Part shown: positions 48,302-56,236 of the stretch, in pieces
Position numbering within the stretch: the first letter of the stretch is position 1
Layout: each line of letters opens with the position of its first letter
Translations under genes and position numbers: made by a program
The notes under the pieces: model-generated
Seen by the model: the letters and a program-made list of their open reading frames with translations, nothing else
The model's database searches: none
Told to the model about the DNA's origin: nothing
Virus record (IMG/VR): IMGVR_UViG_3300031857_023573
Span: 1-64,000 of that record
Reading direction: 5' to 3' (one strand)
From: a virus
Lineage: Duplodnaviria > Caudoviricetes
Length of the DNA: 64,000 nt

Positions 48302-48477
48302 GACTTATAGTCACCGCCTCTTCTCTTTCTCTTACAATACTGAATTTGTGAAAAACCTCTTGGATTATTACAGTCAATTGACTTTTTATATTTAACAGAC
48401 CATCTTGATTTCATGCCTTTTCTTGGCTTGTTATAAGATTCATTTATAAACTCTTCGTATGTAAAGATATTATTCAT
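48298..48477 (-). CDS. Small basic protein with N-terminal tag (59 aa, not in ORF track)
   Basis: Hand translation MNNIFTYEEFINESYNKPRKGMKSRWSVKYKKSIDCNNPRGFSQIQYCKRKRRGGDYKS; ATG overlaps the upstream TAA. Confidence 0.75.
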   Translation of the reverse strand: MNNIFTYEEFINESYNKPRKGMKSRWSVKYKKSIDCNNPRGFSQIQYCKRKRRGGDYKS

Positions 48478-48830
48478 TATTTTTGAGAGAGTAATTGTGT
48501 TACTATAAAGACTATCTTATTTTCCGACTTTTTATATTCAAATTCGGATATTTTAAAATCCATAACATCAAAGTGACCTTGGATTTGTGAGTAAACATCT
48601 TTCTTTTTTAAGAATTCGAATACCTCACTTAGATTATTTTTATCAGATTCGTCTAAAAGATCTATTTGAAATTTTTTATTATCAATTTCTTCAAGTTTTA
48701 TTTGAATATTTGGAAATTTTTCAAGCATCTCTGAGAATACATAAGAAAGTACTTCTTCATCTATGTCAAATACTTTCTCGAAGTCAAAAAATTCAAATAC
48801 ATAATTTTCAAAAGTTAATAAATGTTTCAT
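48477..48830 (-). CDS. Hypothetical protein with N-terminal tag (MKHLLTFENY)
   Basis: ORF; TAAATATATA variant upstream. Confidence 0.75.
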   Translation of the reverse strand: MKHLLTFENYVFEFFDFEKVFDIDEEVLSYVFSEMLEKFPNIQIKLEEIDNKKFQIDLLDESDKNNLSEVFEFLKKKDVYSQIQGHFDVMDFKISEFEYKKSENKIVFIVTQLLSQK

Positions 48831-48880
48831 ATCTTATATATTTATTTGGTAAATTACAATTTAGTTCTTAAATTAGCAGT

Positions 48881-49294
48881 ATGAATACAAATAAATTGAC
48901 ATCAGAAAAGGCTTATCAGTTTATACACGGCGGTAATTCTGTATTTACTGTACTAAACACTCTAACTAAAAATCGATTTACTTACAAGGTTAAAAGACAT
49001 AAAGTAGAAGATGTCTATTTTGTGAATCTTCTTGTTAATCCAGATACCTATGTTTATATTGGATTTTTGAAACATGGTAATTTTATTTTGTCTAAGAAAT
49101 CTAAATTCTCAAAAGACTCACAGAGTGTAAAAGTTTTCAACTATATTTATACTAAATTAAAAATAGGTAATTTACCAGATATTATTGAGTTTTGGCACGA
49201 GGGAAAATGCGGAAAATGTGGTCGTAGTTTGACGGTACCTGAGAGTATAGATAGTGGTTTTGGACCAGAGTGTATAAAAAAGATAGTAAAATAA
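48881..49294 (+). CDS. Zn-finger protein (DUF6011-like)
   Basis: HEGKCGKCGRSLTVPESIDSGFGPEC. Confidence 0.7.
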   Translation: MNTNKLTSEKAYQFIHGGNSVFTVLNTLTKNRFTYKVKRHKVEDVYFVNLLVNPDTYVYIGFLKHGNFILSKKSKFSKDSQSVKVFNYIYTKLKIGNLPDIIEFWHEGKCGKCGRSLTVPESIDSGFGPECIKKIVK

Positions 49295-49318
49295 AAAACC
49301 CTCAAGAGAGGGTTTTTT
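49293..49318. terminator. Bidirectional intrinsic terminator
   Basis: AAAAAACCCTC-AAGA-GAGGGTTTTTT. Confidence 0.85.
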
Positions 49319-49418
49319 GAGCCCGACCGGATTGGTCGAATCCACCACATTGTTTGTTTAAGTTAAACAATGAAAACTATAATGTATATAACATTGAATT
49401 TAAGAAGTTTTTAAAATT

Positions 49419-49652
49419 ATGAAACGTCTAACATTAAAGTCATATGGCTTTTTAATTGAGTCAAATTTAGAGAGAATAAAATTAGGAAAAGTTTTTGATC
49501 AAAATCTAAAACCCTATGAAAAGGATTTTCTAGAAAATATGCTACAGTATCTGGAAGAAAGGGAAAGATTTGAAGATTGTCTTATTGTAAGCTCTCTTAT
49601 TAAATCTCGTTTTGACCACGATAAAAACTATATTTATGATGGAAAAATCTGA
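49419..49652 (+). CDS. Small protein with UVR-like C-terminus
   Basis: LENMLQYLEERERFEDCLIV. Confidence 0.6.
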   Translation: MKRLTLKSYGFLIESNLERIKLGKVFDQNLKPYEKDFLENMLQYLEERERFEDCLIVSSLIKSRFDHDKNYIYDGKI

Positions 49653-49857
49653 AATTCAACAATTGAAAGATTTACAGTATGAAGAATTTGTTCAGAAAAC
49701 ACTCACTGAACTTATAATACTTTCTACAAATCATAACATCTTAAAGGAACTAATAGATCATTCCAGAGAAATTGGATTACATGATGAATTACTAGATGCT
49801 CTCTCTACTATGAGAGACGAAAAAATTTTAGAGATTTTAAAAAATGAACAGTCGTGA
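49612..49857 (+). CDS. Small hypothetical protein, C-terminal RDEKILEIL tag
   Basis: ORF; real start may be the internal ATG pair near 49636-49639. Confidence 0.65.
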   Translation: MTTIKTIFMMEKSEIQQLKDLQYEEFVQKTLTELIILSTNHNILKELIDHSREIGLHDELLDALSTMRDEKILEILKNEQS

Positions 49858-50716
49858 AAATTTTGTAAAATTATTTGACTTAAATGTTCCAAAAATTGAA
49901 TATTTTGACTATTACTTAGGTCAGATGTCAAAATCTAAAAAGTATGGTGATATTTCTAACTATTATAAACTTTTTGAGTCATCCACTCAGGATATTACCG
50001 ACCCTTATGAATATCGTAGGGTCAAGGCACTTGAGGTAACTGATTTTATTCAGGGTACTAACGCCTATAATGAGCTTTGTTACGATAAGAATTTAATAGA
50101 ATACCCAACTAATAAAAATATTGAGTATAGTGATGATTTAAATTATTTATCTATAGATTTAAAATCGGCAAACTGGATTGCGTTAAAGTCTTATGATCCA
50201 CCTCATATTAACGAGTTAGGAGATGATTTTTCACAATTTTTTTCACGTTTTGACCTACCTAAAGTTTTTATAGAGTCAAAATATTTAAGACAGTTTTTAT
50301 TTTCTAAACTTGATACCAAGAAAATAATTAAGGTTCAGCGAAATATGATACAAGAAATTGTTAGAAAGTATCAAAGTGATCTTCTAGTAGAGGGTGTTAG
50401 AAATGATGAAGTCATTTTCCAGTTTTCAGACTTTAGTGAGGTTAGAGATATTTCAAATGAAATTGATCACAGTAAATATAAAATGAAGATTTTTAAAACT
50501 CAGAAATTTGATGATTTTAGAGTCGATAGTCATTTTGATACTTCTGGAAGTTTAATACACAAAGAATTGATTGGAGTTGATACTTCCGTATTTTACCTCA
50601 ATTTGAAGAAATATATTACTGGTGAAAAAATTGAACTTAAAGACCTTTATTTCAGGTCTGGTGGTAATCTTGCTATTTGGTATGAAGATAATTTAAAAAT
50701 TGAATACAATGATTGA
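49844..50716 (+). CDS. Hypothetical protein
   Basis: ORF in operon. Confidence 0.7.
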   Translation: MNSRENFVKLFDLNVPKIEYFDYYLGQMSKSKKYGDISNYYKLFESSTQDITDPYEYRRVKALEVTDFIQGTNAYNELCYDKNLIEYPTNKNIEYSDDLNYLSIDLKSANWIALKSYDPPHINELGDDFSQFFSRFDLPKVFIESKYLRQFLFSKLDTKKIIKVQRNMIQEIVRKYQSDLLVEGVRNDEVIFQFSDFSEVRDISNEIDHSKYKMKIFKTQKFDDFRVDSHFDTSGSLIHKELIGVDTSVFYLNLKKYITGEKIELKDLYFRSGGNLAIWYEDNLKIEYND

Positions 50717-51326
50717 TCTTTTTGAAGAGCCTAAAATTAATAAGTCTAATATAATATGTCATAGTGGGGGTGCTGAAGGTTCTGATACTTACTTTTCAGA
50801 AATAGGACTTCAATTTGGTGTGAAGACAAGAGCTTACTCCTACAAAACTAAGTATCATACAAGTAGTGATAAAGTTGAAATTTCAGATTCTGATTTCAAT
50901 GAAGGTGTCGGTAAAGTAACTCTCGCAAATAAAGTTTTGTGTCGGTATGGAATAAACAAGTACATGAATTTACTAGCCAGAAATTGGGCACAAGTCAAAT
51001 ATTCTACTCAAACTTTTGCAATAGGTAATATAGTTGAGCCTGGAAAAAAATCACAAAAAGGTTACTACTCTAAGTCAAAATTCGAAACAATCGAAGGTGG
51101 TACTGGTTACGCAATACAAATGTCTATAGACCACTTGAGAGAAGTCTATGTTTTTGATCAAACACAATTAAAGTGGTTTAAATGGTCTTATACCGCTATG
51201 AAATTTATTCAAATTGATATAAGTCCAAAAATTACTTGTCAAAATTTCGCAGGTATAGGTACGAGACAAATAAATGAGCCTGGAATTGGAGCAATCAGAC
51301 AACTTTATGAAAATACTTTTAGTTAA
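50700..51326 (+). CDS. SLOG/DprA-like Rossmann-fold protein
   Basis: HSGGAEGSD, GGTGYAI, FAGIGTR. Confidence 0.55.
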   Translation: MNTMIDLFEEPKINKSNIICHSGGAEGSDTYFSEIGLQFGVKTRAYSYKTKYHTSSDKVEISDSDFNEGVGKVTLANKVLCRYGINKYMNLLARNWAQVKYSTQTFAIGNIVEPGKKSQKGYYSKSKFETIEGGTGYAIQMSIDHLREVYVFDQTQLKWFKWSYTAMKFIQIDISPKITCQNFAGIGTRQINEPGIGAIRQLYENTFS

Positions 51327-51377
51327 AACTTTTTTATTTTAGTTTATATAAACACTTATTAAAATTTAACAAAATAA

Positions 51378-51842
51378 ATGAAAAATTATACTACAAAAAA
51401 CGGATATCAAAAGATGGTTGATGAATTACATCAACTTACTACCGTTGAATATAGAAATGCTATCGAGATGCTCCAAGAAGCACGTGATAAAGGAGATCTT
51501 TCTGAAAATGCTGAGTATGAGGCAGCCAAGGAATTTCATGCCAAAGTTATAAATAAAATTACTAAACTTAAAGAAAAGATTCGTCAGTCTGAAATAATTA
51601 ATCAGTCACATCTTTCAATAGATTCTGTGAATATGCTATCTACGGTTGAAATTAGAAACCATAAGATTGGAAAGACGCAAATTTGGAAACTAGTTTCAGA
51701 AAATGAGATTGATACTAAAAATGGTAAAATCTCATTCAATTCACCAATTGGTTCTGCCTTAATCGGTCATAAAGTAGGTGAGGTAGTAGAAGTTAGTGTT
51801 CCATCTGGATCAATGAAGCTTGAAATTCTTAGTATTAAATGA
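51378..51842 (+). CDS. greA: Transcription elongation factor GreA
   Basis: EARDKGDLSENAEYEAAKE, ISFNSPIGSALIG, VEVSVPSG. Confidence 0.95.
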   Translation: MKNYTTKNGYQKMVDELHQLTTVEYRNAIEMLQEARDKGDLSENAEYEAAKEFHAKVINKITKLKEKIRQSEIINQSHLSIDSVNMLSTVEIRNHKIGKTQIWKLVSENEIDTKNGKISFNSPIGSALIGHKVGEVVEVSVPSGSMKLEILSIK

Positions 51843-52237
51843 TCAAAATCAGTTTCGATTTCGACGGTACTTTAGAGGATGAATTCGGAGGAGTTCACAA
51901 TGCACAAAAGTCCGAAATACAGAATCTTGCAAAGAAATATATCGATGAAGGACATCAGGTCTGTATTATTACAAAAAGATATGGACCTGAAATGTCTACT
52001 TTTGGTTTAAAAAACGAGCATGTAATTGTTCTTAGATTAGCTAGAGAATTAGGAATAAATGAAGTCTACTTTACAAATCGAGAAATGAAGTTCTCACATA
52101 TTTTATCTCTTAAAATTGATATTCATTTTGAAAATTCAGATTATGAAGTTGAATTAATTAATAAACACTGTAAAGAAAAATCTCACAAGTGTTTAGTTGT
52201 GCCGGTAGAATCTAAAAATTGGAGAGATCTAATTTAG
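51839..52237 (+). CDS. HAD-superfamily phosphatase-like protein
   Basis: ISFDFDGTL, IITKR, HFENS. Confidence 0.7.
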   Translation: MIKISFDFDGTLEDEFGGVHNAQKSEIQNLAKKYIDEGHQVCIITKRYGPEMSTFGLKNEHVIVLRLARELGINEVYFTNREMKFSHILSLKIDIHFENSDYEVELINKHCKEKSHKCLVVPVESKNWRDLI

Positions 52238-52587
52238 TGCCCGTTTTTAGGAAGTGGCATGTCACTTACAACACTTACTTTAAAGGTATATCCAGAATCA
52301 CCATCAGTTCCATAAGTTGTATTAGCATCATAGGAACCACCAAATGTATAAGGCTTTGGTCCGTTAGCCTTTAACATTTGTTCGTGCATTCTTTGTCTAT
52401 TTTTCTCTTCTTCTTGTCTAATCATTTCTTCAAAACTTAGCTCACTACTTTGCGTAGTTTGATAATTTTGACTATTTGATTTATATCCGTACTTTGCAAG
52501 TAACATTTCTGCCTCATTTTGAGAGATATCTGCAGGTTTAATTTCTTCTTGCTGATCTTGTACTATTCTGACTTCAGGTCTTTGCAT
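52234..52587 (-). CDS. Hypothetical protein
   Basis: ORF; motif TATATATTA at 52609-52617. Confidence 0.7.
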   Translation of the reverse strand: MQRPEVRIVQDQQEEIKPADISQNEAEMLLAKYGYKSNSQNYQTTQSSELSFEEMIRQEEEKNRQRMHEQMLKANGPKPYTFGGSYDANTTYGTDGDSGYTFKVSVVSDMPLPKNGH

Positions 52588-52670
52588 ATAGTGAGAAAAA
52601 ACTTTTAATATATATTAAAATTGATTTTTTAAATCTAATATATACAATAGAAAAAATTACACCTTTAGAT

Positions 52671-53135
52671 ATGAAATATTTAAAAACATTTGAAAACTAT
52701 CAAATAAACGAAGAGGAAGAAATAATTGGTAAAGTAAGAAAATTCTTTACTGGTTACGAAACTGGTGAAGATAAGCAAAAAGCAATGGTTGCATTCGAGA
52801 AAGCACTTGGTGAAATTACAGCTGAGTATAATAAGTCTCCTGAAAGTTGGGTTTATGTTTATAAATCTAAAGATGGTAAAGTAATGAATGAAATGGTTAG
52901 ACCTTGGGAAGATAGAGAACTATTAGCACTTACTAAAGATAAGGATAATAAAGATAAGCCTTATACAAAAACAAGATGTGAATTGCTAAAAGAAGAGGCA
53001 AAAGAAAATAATTACAGAGGTACACTAGAAGTTGGCTACTGGGGTACAAAAGTAAAGGGTGTTAAATATGTACCAGGAGCTTCTGAGTTTCAGAAGACTA
53101 CAATGGGTAGTTCATCACAGACAGTTGGTACTTGA
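52671..53135 (+). CDS. Hypothetical protein with N-terminal tag (MKYLKTFENYQINEE)
   Basis: ORF; TAATATATA at 52636-52644. Confidence 0.75.
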   Translation: MKYLKTFENYQINEEEEIIGKVRKFFTGYETGEDKQKAMVAFEKALGEITAEYNKSPESWVYVYKSKDGKVMNEMVRPWEDRELLALTKDKDNKDKPYTKTRCELLKEEAKENNYRGTLEVGYWGTKVKGVKYVPGASEFQKTTMGSSSQTVGT

Positions 53136-53156
53136 TAATAAACCTATATAAAATTG

Positions 53157-53185
53157 AAAAACCCTGTCATATGACAGGGTTTTTT
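53157..53185. terminator. Bidirectional intrinsic terminator
   Basis: AAAAACCCTGTCA-TA-TGACAGGGTTTTT. Confidence 0.85.
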
Positions 53186-53615
53186 ATTTAGAAAGAATAA
53201 TTTTATCAATTTCATCGATATTTTCAATACCTTTATTGTTTATCTTATCTAGAATATCATCAACATCGGCGACATCAAGTCTGTAGTTATCAAAGAATGA
53301 TTTAAATTGTGTATTTGAGACAATAAAATCAAAATCCTTAGTCTCTCCTTTAATAATATTTTCGCCTACTTCTACTAGGTCAAAATTTACATACGGTTCA
53401 AGAATAGAACAAATTCTCATTACCTTCATTTTAGAAAGTCTGAAGAACATATACTCACTATCATCATATTCTTCTGAAACAACGTTATCCATGTCACCAG
53501 GATCTAAAACATCACTAATTTCATTCAGAATTTTGTCTTGAATATCGTGTGGAACTTCACCTTCTCCTGTTTTAGAAGAAACTGTCTTGACTAGGTAGAT
53601 GTTGCTACATTTCAT
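53184..53615 (-). CDS. Hypothetical protein, DUF6576-like C-terminus
   Basis: VDDILDKINNKGIENIDEIDKIIL; paralogue of next gene. Confidence 0.65.
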   Translation of the reverse strand: MKCSNIYLVKTVSSKTGEGEVPHDIQDKILNEISDVLDPGDMDNVVSEEYDDSEYMFFRLSKMKVMRICSILEPYVNFDLVEVGENIIKGETKDFDFIVSNTQFKSFFDNYRLDVADVDDILDKINNKGIENIDEIDKIILSK

Positions 53616-53645
53616 ATTGCTAATATAAATAAATATTTTAAAATA

Positions 53646-54044
53646 TCAAATATTTTCTAAACAATTTTTATCAAGTTGAGTCAATGAATCAATTCCAAGA
53701 TAATTGATTTTATCAAGAACAAGGTCAATAGTTAAAAATTCTTCAATATAATGTTCGGTTTCTAATTCAAATTCGGTGTTTTTAAGTGATAATCTACCAA
53801 TTAGTATATCGTAAGATACGTCTTTTAATTCATAATATACTCCTTTTTTGTCTAGAAAATTTTGAACCTTTGAAATAGTATAATCATTACATATTATATA
53901 AGATGTTACAAAACCATCATATTCAATATCTTCGGAAATTATATCAAGACTTTGTAGTTCTTCAATTTCAATAGAAGAAAGTGAATTAAGAAGATCTTCA
54001 CATTGTGTCTTTGTAAGATTTGTATCTACCTTAAAAAACTTCAT
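53646..54044 (-). CDS. Hypothetical protein, DUF6576-like C-terminus
   Basis: IDLVLDKINYLGIDSLTQLDKNCLE. Confidence 0.65.
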   Translation of the reverse strand: MKFFKVDTNLTKTQCEDLLNSLSSIEIEELQSLDIISEDIEYDGFVTSYIICNDYTISKVQNFLDKKGVYYELKDVSYDILIGRLSLKNTEFELETEHYIEEFLTIDLVLDKINYLGIDSLTQLDKNCLENI

Positions 54045-54121
54045 AATATAAATATAACGATTTTCTTTAAAATTAAGAAATTTTATTTTTAAGAAATTAT
54101 ATATTATTTTGGAAACTTATT

Positions 54122-54148
54122 AAAAAAACCCAGTCAATTGACTGGGTT
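54122..54148 (-). terminator. Intrinsic terminator after tRNA
   Basis: Minus strand AACCCAGT-CAATTG-ACTGGGTT then T-run. Confidence 0.85.
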
Positions 54149-54153
54149 ACTAG

Positions 54154-54249
54154 TTGCGGGAAAAGGACTCGAACCTTTGACCTTTGGGTTATTTCTTCCT
54201 TGATAATTCAAAAATGAGCCCAACGAGCTACCAACTGCTCCACCCCGCA
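54154..54249 (-). tRNA. tRNA-fMet (CAT) interrupted by a 23-nt anticodon-loop insert
   Basis: TGCGGGG TG GAGC AGTTGGTA GCTC G TTGGG CT CAT [TTTTGAATTATCAAGGAAGAAAT] AA CCCAA AGGTC AAAGG TTCGAGT CCTTT TCCCGCA A. Initiator hallmarks GGG/CCC anticodon stem and A11:U24. CCA not encoded. Confidence 0.88.
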
Positions 54250-54367
54250 ATATTTATATATTAATATTGATTTCGAGTTTTTAAATTTATGAACAATAAA
54301 TAATAATTTATATGAAAATTTTCAATAATTGGATATCAAATGAAGATATTTTATAAAATATTTTTCA

Positions 54368-54375
54368 TATATTTG
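54368..54375 (+). promoter_or_regulatory. Bacteroidota-type -7 promoter element TAnnTTTG
   Basis: TATATTTG(CA) 27 nt upstream of ATG 54403; matching -33 TTTG not seen. Confidence 0.5.
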
Positions 54376-54402
54376 CATTCTTAAAATGTAAAAACTCTTA
54401 AA

Positions 54403-54768
54403 ATGAAAAAAATTATCTACTTACTTGTTTTTTTGCCACTTTTATCAAACGCTCAACAGGCATATAAGGTGTATTATAATGTTGTTAATGAAACTAAGGA
54501 TTGGATAAGTGAACCGCTTGATGTAGATTTCACTGTTGAACTTAGAAATATTGACTTCAACTATGAATTAATAACTAATGGTAATGAAGATTTTTCTTAT
54601 GTCTTGACAGATACGATATATTCGAGTTTAAACTTCACAAAGTGGAAAGCATATGACTGGAAAGGAGATGATTGTGATGTTTCAATCGGTCATGATTTAG
54701 ATGGTAATCAATATATTATAATTCAATATCCAGATATGGGTTGGTGTGTGTTTTTTAATAAAAATTAA
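54403..54768 (+). CDS. Secreted hypothetical protein
   Basis: Signal peptide MKKIIYLLVFLPLLSNA-Q. Confidence 0.7.
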   Translation: MKKIIYLLVFLPLLSNAQQAYKVYYNVVNETKDWISEPLDVDFTVELRNIDFNYELITNGNEDFSYVLTDTIYSSLNFTKWKAYDWKGDDCDVSIGHDLDGNQYIIIQYPDMGWCVFFNKN

Positions 54769-54771
54769 AAT

Positions 54772-55362
54772 TTGATGATTAGAATACTTGGAAATATACC
54801 AAAAGGTGAATTTGGTCTCGCTTGCTCTGGTGGTGTGGACTCTATGGCTGTTGCCAATTTTTTATTAAACGGTGGTTGGGAGCCAAATATTTTATATTTT
54901 AACCATAATACTGAACATGGTCAACTTGCTGAAGAGTTTGTAACTAATTATTGTAAAACACATAATTTAAAATTACATGTTGATCGTACAGACCTTACTC
55001 CTAAGTCAAATAAAGAAAAGATTTGGAGTGATTTAAGATACGAATTTTTCTCTAAGTTTGATTTTCCAGTAATTACTTGCCACCATTTAGATGATTGTGT
55101 CGAGACATATCTCTTTTCATGTCTTAGGGGATTTCAATCAGTTATTCCATATTCTAAGGGTAATGTAATTAGACCTTTTTTACTTAATGAAAAGTCAGTA
55201 TTTTACGACTGGTGTTTACATAAATCGGTTCCTTTTATTGAAGATGAATCTAATTTAAATGTCAATTTCTCAAGAAACAGAATTCGTCATAATATTGTTC
55301 CAGAGGCACTTACGGTAAACCCTGGATTAAAGACGGTTGTTAAGAAAATGATTAGTATATAA
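54772..55362 (+). CDS. tilS: TilS/MesJ-like PP-loop ATPase (tRNA-Ile lysidine synthetase catalytic domain only)
   Basis: ACSGGVDSM, FNHN, RYEFF, TCHHLDDCVET, VIRPFL, EDESN, RNRIRH; lacks C-terminal tRNA-binding domains. Confidence 0.8.
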   Translation: MMIRILGNIPKGEFGLACSGGVDSMAVANFLLNGGWEPNILYFNHNTEHGQLAEEFVTNYCKTHNLKLHVDRTDLTPKSNKEKIWSDLRYEFFSKFDFPVITCHHLDDCVETYLFSCLRGFQSVIPYSKGNVIRPFLLNEKSVFYDWCLHKSVPFIEDESNLNVNFSRNRIRHNIVPEALTVNPGLKTVVKKMISI

Positions 55363-55741
55363 ACATACCAAGTCTGTAAAGTTCTTCACCATTAAATTCT
55401 AGAATGAAATCCTCAAATGGCATTTCTGTATCTTCTTCAGATGGAATATCTAAGTTTATAGTGAATCCCTCGAGTTCTGTGACAGTTTTTATTCTACTTA
55501 ATATTGGTTGTATTTCTTCAATTCTGAAAAATCTGTTTTGATTGTCTTGAAAAATTATTCTAATTGCGTCTACTGGATTTTTTTTTGATACGTAATACTT
55601 ACAAATCCAGAAAGTTGATTTGATTTCTACATCTTCACAATCTAATAAAATATCTTTAATTTCAGCAATTAATTCAGAATTTTCAGACTTGAATTTATCA
55701 AATTGGTCATCATAGGACTCAAACTTATAAAGATACCTCAT
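55352..55741 (-). CDS. Hypothetical protein with N-terminal tag (MRYLYKFESY)
   Basis: ORF; TAATATATA at 55746-55754. Confidence 0.75.
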   Translation of the reverse strand: MRYLYKFESYDDQFDKFKSENSELIAEIKDILLDCEDVEIKSTFWICKYYVSKKNPVDAIRIIFQDNQNRFFRIEEIQPILSRIKTVTELEGFTINLDIPSEEDTEMPFEDFILEFNGEELYRLGMFIY

Positions 55742-55816
55742 AGTTTATATATTAGATTTCTTCGATATTAAACTTTCGGTTTAAATATTAATAAAAATAA
55801 AAACTAATTTAAAAAA

Positions 55817-56236
55817 ATGATTAAACAAGGTAGTAAAGTTAAGGCTCACTATACAGGAAGACTTAATGATAATGATGTTTTTGATACATCTATCCAAGAT
55901 GGAAGAGATCCTCTTGAATTCACAATCGGTGAGGGTACTCTCTTACCAGCTTTTGAAAACGAACTTTTAGGTCTTGCAACAGGAGATAAAAAGACTTTTG
56001 AACTTACTTCAGATGATGCTTACGGTCCTTATAGAGATGACCTCAGACTAACTGTTCCTAGAACAAATGTCCCACAAGGTGTTGAAGTAGGTCAAAGTTT
56101 GCAAGGAAATTTCAATAATGAAATGATCACCTTCATGGTGAGACAGGTAAATGAAGATAACGTTATTGTTGATGCTAATCATCCTTTAGCTGGTAAGGCA
56201 CTTATTTTCGACGTAGAAATCGTTGAAATCGACTAA
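55817..56236 (+). CDS. slyD: FKBP-type peptidyl-prolyl isomerase (SlyD-like, no His-rich tail)
   Basis: VKAHYTGRL, PLEFTIG, AYG, VDANHPLAGKALIFDVEIV. Confidence 0.9.
   Translation: MIKQGSKVKAHYTGRLNDNDVFDTSIQDGRDPLEFTIGEGTLLPAFENELLGLATGDKKTFELTSDDAYGPYRDDLRLTVPRTNVPQGVEVGQSLQGNFNNEMITFMVRQVNEDNVIVDANHPLAGKALIFDVEIVEID

Noticed and set aside
49147-49350. ORF MWWIRPIRSGSK as a real gene
   Set aside because: It runs through a strong terminator and antisense into the Zn-finger gene; the GC-rich part is better treated as a structured element.
54191-54213. Group I intron or canonical bulge-helix-bulge in the tRNA
   Set aside because: 23 nt is far too short for a ribozyme, and I could not build a perfect 4-bp central helix with two 3-nt bulges by hand.
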